From positions 96,001-160,000 of the forward strand of contig CAYLXA010000003.1 in NCBI GenBank assembly GCA_964387845.1: a stretch of DNA of 64,000 bases, written 5' to 3'. Below the pieces are notes generated by a model that was not told the DNA's origin, made no database searches, and worked only from the letters and a program-made list of their open reading frames with translations. The stretch's first letter is position 1, and every line of letters starts with the position of its first letter. Source of the DNA: an uncultured bacterium (lineage in GTDB: Bacteria > Omnitrophota > Omnitrophia > Omnitrophales > Abzuiibacteriaceae). Positions 19,171 to 28,143 of the stretch are shown one piece after another. Made by a program: the position numbers and the translations under genes.

Positions 19171-20363
19171 ATCGTGTTGTGGTTACCGGCATCGGCTGCG
19201 TAGCGCCCATCGGAAATAATCAAAAAGAGTTCGCCAAAAACCTGAGCGAAGGAAAATCGGGAGCTGGGCCAATTTCAAAATTTGACACGTCAAACTTCCC
19301 CGTTAAAAAAGCGTTTGAAGTCCGTTCGTTCTCACCTGTGCCCGCTTCTAAAGCGCTCGATCCTTTCATTCAATACGGCCTCACAGCCGCTGAAGAAGCG
19401 ATTCGGGACAGCAAGCTCGATATTCCATCGATGGACCCTTATCGAGTTGGAATCGCGGTTAGTTCCAGCAAAGGCGGCATGACAACGCTCGAAAAATTCC
19501 GTGATCGATTCTTGAAACGGCCAAGCGCGCTTCTCGGAGCCCGGATTTACGCCAATACCGTTCCGAATATTTTGTCGCAGTGGATCGCGAGGCGTTGGGA
19601 ACTCAAAGGCCCCGCAAAACCTGCCGTGGCAGCCTGCGCAACCGGAACTTACGCAATTATTGAGGGCATCCGGATGATCGAGGATGATGAAACGGATGTC
19701 TGCATCGCCGGCGCAAGCGATGCGTCGATCACCAAACTAATGCTTGCCGGATATCACCAAATGGGCGTTCTTTCACCGAACGGTGTTTCTCCGTTTGATA
19801 AAACGCGCGGCGGATTTTTGGTCGGTGAAGGCGCGGGTGTTGTTATTTTAGAAAAGGAAAACCACGCGAAAGCCAGACATGCACAAATTTACGGGCGGAT
19901 TTTGAGCCATACATACGGAAATGAATGCCGGCACTTAATTTCGTTTCCGGTTGAAAGCGACGGCCTTTCATCGACGCTTATGCGGTCTATCAAAAGTGCT
20001 AATATTACGCCTTGTGACATTGATTCGCTTCAACTCCACGGAACCGCAACAGTTTCCGGTGATTTATATGAAACCGCCCAAATTAAAAAAGCATTTGGCA
20101 AGGATGCTTACAAGATTTCGATGAGCGCCATCAAATCCATGATCGGACACACGGCCGGTGCGGCAGGCGCTTTTTCATTTATCGCAAACTTGCTTTCGCT
20201 GCGCGACCAAATCATTCACCCGACGATTAATTTGAATTCGCCGGATGCCGAATGCGATTTAGACTATACGCCTTGTTATTCTAAAAAGAAAAAAATTAAA
20301 GTCGCCGGTTCGATCAGCATGGGTTTCGGCGGCCACATTGGGGCTATTTTGGTGGGAAAATGA
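19167..20363 (+). CDS. Beta-ketoacyl-ACP synthase (KAS I/II family)
   Basis: Active-site Cys in AACATGTYAI; the HGTAT and GHTAGAAG His motifs are typical of FabF/FabB. Confidence 0.8.
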   Translation: MNRVVVTGIGCVAPIGNNQKEFAKNLSEGKSGAGPISKFDTSNFPVKKAFEVRSFSPVPASKALDPFIQYGLTAAEEAIRDSKLDIPSMDPYRVGIAVSSSKGGMTTLEKFRDRFLKRPSALLGARIYANTVPNILSQWIARRWELKGPAKPAVAACATGTYAIIEGIRMIEDDETDVCIAGASDASITKLMLAGYHQMGVLSPNGVSPFDKTRGGFLVGEGAGVVILEKENHAKARHAQIYGRILSHTYGNECRHLISFPVESDGLSSTLMRSIKSANITPCDIDSLQLHGTATVSGDLYETAQIKKAFGKDAYKISMSAIKSMIGHTAGAAGAFSFIANLLSLRDQIIHPTINLNSPDAECDLDYTPCYSKKKKIKVAGSISMGFGGHIGAILVGK

Positions 20364-21508
20364 AAACCGATCAGGAATTTTCCAGTATTTCAGAAGAACT
20401 TCAATTCTTAAAAGATAGTCATCTGTTCCGAAAATTAAGAACCCTGGAAAGCATTGACTCGACTCATGTGTTATTAAATGGGAAAAAGGTTTCTTTGTTT
20501 TGTCATAACGACTACCTGGGCCTAAGCAAACACCCTGATGTTGCAGAAGCCTTCTCACAAGGTGTCCGTGATTTTGGCGCCGGCTCGGGCGCTGCGCGGC
20601 TCATCACCGGCAATACAACCGTATTTGAAAAATTAGAAGAGCGTCTCGCCCAGTTTAAGAAAAAAGAACGCGCACTTCTGTTTTCGACCGGTTATTTGGC
20701 TAATCTCGGCATCATCTCGGCCTTTTGCGAGAAAGAGGATGTTGTGATTGTCGATAAGCTTAATCACGCTTCAATCATTGATGCCTGCAAGCTTTCGGGC
20801 GCAACCATTCGTGTTTATCCGCACAAAGATTTGGATTATTTGGAGAAAATTCTCAAGCAATCTGATCGATTCCGAAGAAAATTAATCGTTACGGATTCTG
20901 TTTTCAGCATGGACGGCGACTTGGCCCCGCTGCCTGAAATTGTAAAGCTTAAGAACCGCTACGGCGCTTATTTAATGATTGATGAAGCGCATGGAACCGG
21001 CGTTTTTGGAAAGTCAGGACGCGGAGCAGCGGAATATTTGAACGTAGAGGATGAAATCGACATTTCGATGGGAACTTTGTCAAAAGCGTTTGGGACGCAC
21101 GGCGGATTTGTGGCGGGGAGTTCTGAGCTCATCGAATTTTTAATCAACCGGAGCCGTAGTTTTATATTCTCAACCGCCCTTCCGCCCGCGGTTTGCGCGG
21201 CAAGCTTGAAATCGTTGGAATTAATCGAACAAAAGCCGGAGCTAAGAGATCGTTTGTGGAAAAATATTAAAAGCACGGTAGACAACCTAAAACTTTCCGG
21301 CACTTCACCGATTATCCCTGTCATGATTGGCGATGAGCAAAAAGCGATGAATTTATCCGAAAAACTACTCGAAAACAGCATTTTGATCCCGGCAGTTCGG
21401 TATCCGACAGTCCCTAAAAAATCCGCGCGTCTTCGCTTAACTGTTTCGGCTGCTCACAGCCAAAGCGACCTGGAAACCCTGATTTCTACACTTAAAAAAC
21501 ACCTTTAA
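20360..21508 (+). CDS. bioF: 8-amino-7-oxononanoate synthase (alpha-oxoamine synthase family)
   Basis: PLP-lysine region TLSKAFGTHGG and DEAHGTG. Biotin-cluster context. Confidence 0.7.
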   Translation: MKTDQEFSSISEELQFLKDSHLFRKLRTLESIDSTHVLLNGKKVSLFCHNDYLGLSKHPDVAEAFSQGVRDFGAGSGAARLITGNTTVFEKLEERLAQFKKKERALLFSTGYLANLGIISAFCEKEDVVIVDKLNHASIIDACKLSGATIRVYPHKDLDYLEKILKQSDRFRRKLIVTDSVFSMDGDLAPLPEIVKLKNRYGAYLMIDEAHGTGVFGKSGRGAAEYLNVEDEIDISMGTLSKAFGTHGGFVAGSSELIEFLINRSRSFIFSTALPPAVCAASLKSLELIEQKPELRDRLWKNIKSTVDNLKLSGTSPIIPVMIGDEQKAMNLSEKLLENSILIPAVRYPTVPKKSARLRLTVSAAHSQSDLETLISTLKKHL

Positions 21509-21606
21509 CCCCTAATTTTCTCGACATTCGTTTTTTGCATCGATATAATGACGTCCTTGCTTCACATAACTCTCAAGAGATTCCACGCAGAAGACGAAAC
21601 TTACTC

Positions 21607-21975
21607 ATGATGACAAAACGATTTTGGATTAGCTTAACTGCATCTATTTTCTTATTCGCAAGCATCCCTGCTTCGGCAAATCCTGTCCTGCAAACCTTAA
21701 GCGGACTTGTGCTTTCGGTCAATTTAAATACCAGCCAGCTTCATGTCAAATTCGAACATCCTGTGACCGGTGAAAGCGAATTGAAAATTTTTGATGTCGA
21801 CAATAGGACCGGATTTAAACATGTGAAGGGTCTTAATCAAATCAAGCCGCAAGATCCGGTGAGTATTGATTACGAAGAAAAAACGCCGGATCAATTAAAA
21901 GCCGTTTACATCGAAGTTGTCCGTCTCAATGATGTTCCTTTTACCAAGGAACAAATTCAAAAAGCAATTCTTTAA
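21607..21975 (+). CDS. Hypothetical secreted protein
   Basis: Signal peptide MMTKRFWISLTASIFLFASIPASA. Confidence 0.4.
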   Translation: MMTKRFWISLTASIFLFASIPASANPVLQTLSGLVLSVNLNTSQLHVKFEHPVTGESELKIFDVDNRTGFKHVKGLNQIKPQDPVSIDYEEKTPDQLKAVYIEVVRLNDVPFTKEQIQKAIL

Positions 21976-21999
21976 TCTTCCGCTGTACTTGAAATATCC

Positions 22000-22863
22000 A
22001 TGAAGTGTTTTCTGGTTTTTTTTCTAGCTTTCCTTCTTCTGAATACACCGCTCGGATTTTCCGAATCAAATCCCGATACCGAAGCCGATGCTTTGATTCA
22101 AGAGGCAAACCGCTTGATGGCTGAGCGGCAATGGGACACTTCGGCTGAAAAATATGAAGAAGCGCTTAAACTGAACCCTGATTTGACCGAAGCGTTGTTT
22201 GGTTTGGGGTTAATTGCCGAAACAGAAAATGATTTCAACGCAGCGCATGATTATTTTCGCTCTGTCATTCAGCGGAATCCAAGGCATGTAGATTCGCTTT
22301 TTCATTTGGGCGCTATCGCTTATTCACGCGAGCAGCCCTCCGAAGCGCGCGATTATTTCCGGCTCGCAGCCGAATCCAGCCCGAATATGATTCCCGCCCA
22401 TTACAATTTGGGCCTTTGTTATACTGAACTTTATGAACTTGAAAAAGCCCGCGAATCTTTTAAGCAGGCTATTATTTTGGACGCTAAAAATCCGTGGCCT
22501 TTTTACCAAATCGGAAGGACTTACGAAATGCAGGGTTTTGCGCGGGAAGCCAGAATGGGATATGAGGAAGCGTTGAAATTAAACCCAAATTTTCCCGAAG
22601 CACGGGAAGGTTTTGAACGGCTCTCCGGCATCAATCCGGCAAGAGGAGAAGATTCAATCGGTGAAATGCGGCAGAAAGCCAATCGGCAGGTTTCATTGAT
22701 CGGCGGGTCTTTCGGAAGCGGGGGTTTTAAACCGGTGACGCCCCTTGATTCATTCCGCGATTTGGCTTACCCGGCTCAATCTACCAACAACAAGGCAATG
22801 CTCATGCAGCTTGGCGCTCAACTTGTCCAAGGATTTGTAAACTCCCGGCGCCAGCAAAGTTAA
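22000..22863 (+). CDS. TPR-repeat protein with signal peptide
   Basis: Several 34-aa TPR-like repeats (A..Y..AL.L.P); N-terminal signal sequence. Confidence 0.6.
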   Translation: MKCFLVFFLAFLLLNTPLGFSESNPDTEADALIQEANRLMAERQWDTSAEKYEEALKLNPDLTEALFGLGLIAETENDFNAAHDYFRSVIQRNPRHVDSLFHLGAIAYSREQPSEARDYFRLAAESSPNMIPAHYNLGLCYTELYELEKARESFKQAIILDAKNPWPFYQIGRTYEMQGFAREARMGYEEALKLNPNFPEAREGFERLSGINPARGEDSIGEMRQKANRQVSLIGGSFGSGGFKPVTPLDSFRDLAYPAQSTNNKAMLMQLGAQLVQGFVNSRRQQS

Positions 22864-22867
22864 ATTT

Positions 22868-22950
22868 CAAATATCAAAATCTAAATATCAAAACAAATTC
22901 AAAAGTTCAATATTAAATACTTTTGAATTTTGATATTTGAGTTTTGAATT
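22868..22950. terminator. Long AT-rich palindrome; bidirectional terminator between convergent genes
   Basis: Left arm aaattcaaatatcaaaatctaaatatcaaaacaaattcaaaagt mirrors right arm acttttgaattttgatatttgagttttgaattt. Confidence 0.5.
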
Positions 22951-22955
22951 TAAAC

Positions 22956-23771
22956 TTACATGCCCATTATTCTATAACCGGCATCCACATAAATAATTTC
23001 GCCGGTAATACCGCTTGAAAGCGGGCTTAGAAGAAAAAGCGCCGTGTTCCCCACTTCTTCGACCTCGATATTCCGGCCAAGCGCAGCTTTTTGGCGGTGA
23101 ATTTCGAGCATTTTCGTAAATCCCGAAATACCGCGCGCCGCCAGCGTATTGACAGGCCCTGCGGAAACTGCATTCACACGGATATTTTTTTTACCAAGCT
23201 CGGAAGCTAAATAACGAACGCCGGATTCGAGGCTTGCTTTTGCCATTCCCATCACGTTGTAATGCGGAACGGCTTTTTCAGAGCCCAAATACGTGAGTGC
23301 TAAAATACTGCCGCCTTCCTTCTCCATCAAAGGCTCAGCTGCCTTTGCAAGCGCCAAAAGCGAATAGGCGCTTACATCTTGCGCAAGATGAAACCCTTCG
23401 CGGGAAGTGTCAATGGTGCGGCCTTCCAAGTCTTCTTTTTTGGCAAACGCGATGCAATGTACCAAAAAATGCAGCGCGCCGAATTCTTCTCCGATGCGGC
23501 CGAAAACATTCTTAATTTCGTCATCTTTTGTCGCATCACAAGGAAGAACCAGCGATTTTTGAGACAAAGTCGCGGTCAACTCTTCGACGCCTTCTTTCAA
23601 GCGCTCGCCCTGGTACGTAAATGCCAATTGTGCGCCGTGATTGGCAAGCGCTTGCGAAATCGCCCACGCGATGCTGCGTTTATTGGCAACGCCGACAACC
23701 AATCCCTTTTTCCCGGCCAAAAGATTGGAGGTGAACGCCGGTTTTTTGTTTTCGGTTTGTGGTAATGACAT
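22956..23771 (-). CDS. fabI: Enoyl-ACP reductase FabI
   Basis: GKKGLVVGVANKRSIAWAI N-terminus, and the Y-x6-K catalytic region typical of FabI. Confidence 0.85.
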   Translation of the reverse strand: MSLPQTENKKPAFTSNLLAGKKGLVVGVANKRSIAWAISQALANHGAQLAFTYQGERLKEGVEELTATLSQKSLVLPCDATKDDEIKNVFGRIGEEFGALHFLVHCIAFAKKEDLEGRTIDTSREGFHLAQDVSAYSLLALAKAAEPLMEKEGGSILALTYLGSEKAVPHYNVMGMAKASLESGVRYLASELGKKNIRVNAVSAGPVNTLAARGISGFTKMLEIHRQKAALGRNIEVEEVGNTALFLLSPLSSGITGEIIYVDAGYRIMGM

Positions 23772-23801
23772 AAATTAATTCCTCCTATTTTATAGATCCT
23801 T

Positions 23802-23848
23802 TCCGCCACAAAACTTTGGCGGACCTGCCGCGATTTATGGCGGGCGCT
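23802..23848. repeat. Paired-hairpin REP-like element (CCGCCA-loop-TGGCGG, twice), copy A
   Basis: Similar copies occur at 38061-38105 and 57850-57885. Confidence 0.45.
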
Positions 23849-23870
23849 ACGCTCTCAGAATGACAGTAAA

Positions 23871-25049
23871 TTACGACGTCACTTTCGACCGCATAGCTTC
23901 GATTAAAATTTCAGCAACTTCGGGCCGCGTGATTTCAATCGGCGGAATTTCACCGTTCCGAAGCATTTCGCGAAGCTTTGTGCCCGAAACGTTAAAAGCA
24001 TCTGCATTCGGCGGCGCGGTTTTAAAACTTACCATTCCGCCTGTCTTTTTATCAAAAAATGTGTGTTCAAATTTGAAAAGCTCGATTCCGATATCCTTCG
24101 GATCAAACTTATCGAAAATAAGCTGCGCATCATAGGAACCATAATAAGACTTTCCGTCCGGTTTGCTTGCGCCTGCGTGGTCACGGCCGACGATAAAATG
24201 CGTGCAGCCGTAGTTTTTACGCACAATCGCGTGCCACACGGCTTCGCGCGGCCCCGCGTAACGCATCGCGGCAGGAAATACGGCTAGTATTGAGCGGTCT
24301 TTCGGATAATATTTGTCGAGAAGCACTTGATAACATTTCATACGCACATCGGCCGGAACATCGTCGCCTTTTGTCTGCCCGACCAGCGGATGAATTAAGA
24401 GGCCGTCTACACATTCAAGCGCCACTTTTGTTAAATATTCATGCGCGCGATGAATCGGATTACGCGTTTGGAAAGCAACAATAGTGCGCCAATTGCGTTT
24501 CTTGAATTCTTCACGGGTTTCGGCGGGGCTTAAACGATATTCCGTAAAATCTTTGTGTTTCGGCTGATTAAATAACGAAACCTTGCCCCCGACAAGCCAG
24601 TTGCCCATGAGCCCGATTTGGACATTGCCGGGATGTGCAGCATCATCCGTTCCGTAGAGCAGCATTGAATGTTTCTGCTTGTCGTGTTTATAAATACCTT
24701 CGATTTCTAAAATCGCAAGCGGGTGGCCTGAAGCATCTTTCAGCGCAACTTCCTTTTGGTTTGCCACTTTTGATTTTTCATCATCCGTCAGAGACTTGAC
24801 GACCGGAATTGTCCAAGGAAGACCGCTTGTTAAAACTAAATTATCCAGACAGGAATTAAAATCATCTTCACTCATGAAGCCATCCAACGGACTCATGGCG
24901 CCGGATGCGATCATTTCAAGATCACAGAGTTCGCGCTCAGATAGCGCAAGCGCAACTAGCTTGCTTGCTTTGCTTTCCGCTTCGTCGCGTTTCTTGCCTT
25001 TTAATTCACGGTTAATTAAGGTTCCGCCGTGTGCTGCAATGCTACTCAT
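23871..25049 (-). CDS. sat: Sulfate adenylyltransferase (ATP sulfurylase)
   Basis: QTRNPIHRAHE and GRDHAG motifs of ATP sulfurylase. Confidence 0.85.
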   Translation of the reverse strand: MSSIAAHGGTLINRELKGKKRDEAESKASKLVALALSERELCDLEMIASGAMSPLDGFMSEDDFNSCLDNLVLTSGLPWTIPVVKSLTDDEKSKVANQKEVALKDASGHPLAILEIEGIYKHDKQKHSMLLYGTDDAAHPGNVQIGLMGNWLVGGKVSLFNQPKHKDFTEYRLSPAETREEFKKRNWRTIVAFQTRNPIHRAHEYLTKVALECVDGLLIHPLVGQTKGDDVPADVRMKCYQVLLDKYYPKDRSILAVFPAAMRYAGPREAVWHAIVRKNYGCTHFIVGRDHAGASKPDGKSYYGSYDAQLIFDKFDPKDIGIELFKFEHTFFDKKTGGMVSFKTAPPNADAFNVSGTKLREMLRNGEIPPIEITRPEVAEILIEAMRSKVTS

Positions 25050-25819
25050 ATATCACTTCCCCCGTCTGTTGATTTGTCTGCTTTTTCTGTTTTTGCCGAA
25101 GGTTTCGGTTTCATGAATGTATGAAGGCCGCATTCGGTTTTATCTTTGCCTGCCCAGCGGCCCGAACGTTCGTCATCGCCCGGCTGAACTGGTTTCGTGC
25201 ACGGCCAGCAGCCGATGCTTAAATATCCTTTTTCAAAAAGCGCGTGAATCGGCAGTTTGTGCTCTTTGATGTACCACCAAATGTCGCCTGAGGTGACATT
25301 GGCAAATGGGTTGATTTTATAAAGACCGCCTTCATATTCTTCAACAATCTGGATTTCTTTGCGTGTCTTGGATTGTGAGCGGCGGATCCCGGAAATCCAG
25401 GCATCGAGGCCCTTCAAAGCTTCCTGCATAGGCTCTACTTTGTTAATTTGGCAGCAAAGATCCGGATTTTTTTCGTAGGGTTTCCCGTCATAATCCTTCA
25501 CCAATTGTTCCCGGCGCTTGGGGTCCGCTCTTAAGTCAACCACGTTGGTCAATTTGAGCCTGTCTGTAACCAATTTTTTGAAATCAAGCGTTTCCTGAAA
25601 ATGAAAACCGGTCTCAAGAAAGAAGATTTTAATCACGGGATCAATTTTGGAAACCATGTCGAGAAGGACGATGCTTTCGGTCTGAAATGAGGAGCTCACG
25701 GCAATCTTTGGGCGAAATTCTTCAATCGCCCAGCGCAGAATCACCTGCGGCTGTTCTTTTTCAAACTTTTCGTTTAATGCCGCTAAATCCAGCTTTTTAC
25801 TCACCAGCATGCCTTTCAA
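25046..25819 (-). CDS. cysH: Phosphoadenosine/adenosine phosphosulfate reductase
   Basis: PAPS-reductase fold; C-terminal ECGLH motif (KDKTECGLH). Confidence 0.8.
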   Translation of the reverse strand: MKGMLVSKKLDLAALNEKFEKEQPQVILRWAIEEFRPKIAVSSSFQTESIVLLDMVSKIDPVIKIFFLETGFHFQETLDFKKLVTDRLKLTNVVDLRADPKRREQLVKDYDGKPYEKNPDLCCQINKVEPMQEALKGLDAWISGIRRSQSKTRKEIQIVEEYEGGLYKINPFANVTSGDIWWYIKEHKLPIHALFEKGYLSIGCWPCTKPVQPGDDERSGRWAGKDKTECGLHTFMKPKPSAKTEKADKSTDGGSDI

Positions 25820-26697
25820 GATTCCTTCGTGTTTAACCGCAAACGCAAACGATCGATCGTGTCATAATACAAACAAGCGCCTTCGCCCATCCAGCCCAAA
25901 TCAACATTGGGCCGGTTATCGCCGTGAAAATCGCTGCCGCCGGTTGTAATGAGACTGAATCGATCCGCTACTTTCTTATAATAAGAAGCTTCTTCCCTGG
26001 ACTGGCAGCTCGAAAATACTTCCATGCCGTCTAGGCCTTGATCGACAAGCTTTGAAATTTCCGTTTCAAATTCCTTTTCGCCTTTTAATTTCAGCTGCTT
26101 CGGATGCGCCAAAGAAGCCACACCGCCTGCCGCATGAATCATCCGGATCGCGGTTTCGCTTGTGATGTTGCGCTTATCCACATAAGCCGGGGCGCCTTTT
26201 GCCAAAAAGCGGTTGAACGCATCCTGCGAATCTTGCGCGTAGCCTTTTTTGACCAGCACGCGCGCAAAATGCGGCCGGCCGATTTGATCACCGCCCGACT
26301 CTGCGGCAACTTCATCCAGCGTGATTTTAACGCCAAGCTTGCCCAATTTTTCAATGATCTGCGGATTGCGCTTTGAGCGCGCATCCTGAACTAATTTCAA
26401 ACCACTCAACAACTCTTGATTCGCCGTGTTGATGAAATAGCCGAGAATATGCATCGTACCCGGCGGAAAAATGACGCTGATCTCAACGCCGGCAATTACT
26501 TCAACGCCCAGCTTTGCGCCGGCGTCTTTCGCTTCGCGCACGCCGCTCACCGTATCATGATCGGTAAGCGCGATGCAATCTACCCGGCGCGACTTTGCAC
26601 GCGCAACCAGCTGTTCGGGCGTTAAGGTGCCGTCTGAATGCGTGGTATGCATATGCAAATCCACGCGCTTCAGAAATTTTTCTTCGGAAGAAATCAC
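25816..26697 (-). CDS. PHP-domain phosphoesterase (TrpH/YciV-like); candidate 3',5'-bisphosphate nucleotidase
   Basis: [16 protein letters not shown] metal-binding N-terminus. Embedded in the cysC-cysH-sat operon with 4-nt overlaps on both sides. Confidence 0.65.
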   Translation of the reverse strand: MISSEEKFLKRVDLHMHTTHSDGTLTPEQLVARAKSRRVDCIALTDHDTVSGVREAKDAGAKLGVEVIAGVEISVIFPPGTMHILGYFINTANQELLSGLKLVQDARSKRNPQIIEKLGKLGVKITLDEVAAESGGDQIGRPHFARVLVKKGYAQDSQDAFNRFLAKGAPAYVDKRNITSETAIRMIHAAGGVASLAHPKQLKLKGEKEFETEISKLVDQGLDGMEVFSSCQSREEASYYKKVADRFSLITTGGSDFHGDNRPNVDLGWMGEGACLYYDTIDRLRLRLNTKES

Positions 26698-27245
26698 TTT
26701 GCGGCTGCCAATTCGTCCTGTGTCACAAACCCAAGCTCTTCTAACTTCTGGAGAACTCTTTCGGCGGATTGTTCCGGCGTTTCTTTGTGAGTTTCACAAA
26801 CCACTTCGGCACTCAGCGGCTCTTCGTAAGGATCGTCAACACCTGTGAAACCTTTTATTTCTCCGGCCATGGCTTTTTTATAAAGCCCTTTGGTATCGCG
26901 CTCTGCGCAAGTCTCAAGCGGGCATTTCGCGTAAACCTCGATAAAATTTCCGATCAAAGAACGGTTATAATCGCGCACTTCGCGGTACGGCGAAATCGCG
27001 GCCGACAAAACAATGACGTCGTTGCGCGTGAGCAAATCGCAAACAAAACCGATGCGCTTGATATTGGTATCGCGGTCTTCTTTTGAAAACCCGAGCCCTT
27101 TGCTAAGATTGGTACGGACAACATCGCCGTCCAAAATTTCCACTTTACGGCCTGCTTTTTTGAGCCGTTTCTCAACAATTCGAGCGATGGTTGACTTGCC
27201 AGAACCCGATAAACCGGTAAACCATACTGTGACACCTTTTGACAT
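26694..27245 (-). CDS. cysC: Adenylylsulfate kinase
   Basis: Walker [12 protein letters not shown] and APS-kinase layout. Confidence 0.85.
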   Translation of the reverse strand: MSKGVTVWFTGLSGSGKSTIARIVEKRLKKAGRKVEILDGDVVRTNLSKGLGFSKEDRDTNIKRIGFVCDLLTRNDVIVLSAAISPYREVRDYNRSLIGNFIEVYAKCPLETCAERDTKGLYKKAMAGEIKGFTGVDDPYEEPLSAEVVCETHKETPEQSAERVLQKLEELGFVTQDELAAAK

Positions 27246-27338
27246 TCTAAAATCCTCCTAACCTTATATTTGACAATTAGTTACATAAAATTTAATTCGG
27301 CGGCGAAATATTGATTATAGCCCTAAAAATTCCGAACG

Positions 27339-28076
27339 TCAATCACGCTTCCGGTCAACCAAACGCGAAACCAGCAAGCTGATTTCAAACAAAATCCATA
27401 GCGGAACCGCAAGCGCGCATTGGCTGAAAGGGTCCGGCGACGGTGTCACCACGGCAGCAAAAATAAAAATGACGACAATGGCATATTTCCGCAATGATTG
27501 AAGCTGACCTGACTTCAGAACACCAAGATGCACCAGACCGACCAAAAGTACCGGCATCTGAAATGCGATGCCAAAACTAAGCGACATCCAGACAACAAAA
27601 TTAAAATATTTTTCGACGGACAAAAGCGGCTGCAAAACAGGGCTCGAAAAACTCAGGAAAAAAGAAAGTGCGGCCGGTACAATCCAAAATAACGAGAGTG
27701 CTACGCCGGTTAAAAAAAGTACAATCACCGGGAATAAAATCATTAAAAAAACGGCTCTTTCCTTTTTATACAGCCCGGGCGCAATAAAAAACCAAAACTC
27801 CGTTAAAAGCAGGGGGCTGGTAATAAAAATCGCGCTCCAAAACGAAACTTGCAGCTTAATCACAAAAGCGTCGTACGGTGAGGTGAAATAAACTTTCTGG
27901 GAAAGCTTTTCGAGAGGACTCGTAATCACCAAAAGAATCGTGTCAGAAAAAAAATAACAGCCGACGGAAGCTGCGATTAAAACAAAAATCGTCAAAAGAA
28001 GCCGGTTCCTGAGCTCATCGACATGATCCCACACCGAAGATCCCTGGTTGTAGAAATCAGAAATTTGTTTAAGCAT
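27339..28076 (-). CDS. tatC: Twin-arginine translocase subunit TatC
   Basis: Six predicted TM segments; N-terminal HVDELRNRLL matches the conserved TatC start. Confidence 0.65.
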   Translation of the reverse strand: MLKQISDFYNQGSSVWDHVDELRNRLLLTIFVLIAASVGCYFFSDTILLVITSPLEKLSQKVYFTSPYDAFVIKLQVSFWSAIFITSPLLLTEFWFFIAPGLYKKERAVFLMILFPVIVLFLTGVALSLFWIVPAALSFFLSFSSPVLQPLLSVEKYFNFVVWMSLSFGIAFQMPVLLVGLVHLGVLKSGQLQSLRKYAIVVIFIFAAVVTPSPDPFSQCALAVPLWILFEISLLVSRLVDRKRD

Positions 28077-28143
28077 GGTTGAATAAAAAAGCCCTCAATC
28101 GTGGCGACTGAGGGCTTTGGTTTGATAAATTAACGAGTTAAAC

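Noticed and set aside
22868-22950. Short repeated AT-rich units (caaatatcaaaa...) that could look like a CRISPR or tandem array
   Set aside because: The units form one long imperfect palindrome between convergent genes with no spacer-repeat periodicity and no cas genes. It was annotated as a bidirectional terminator instead.
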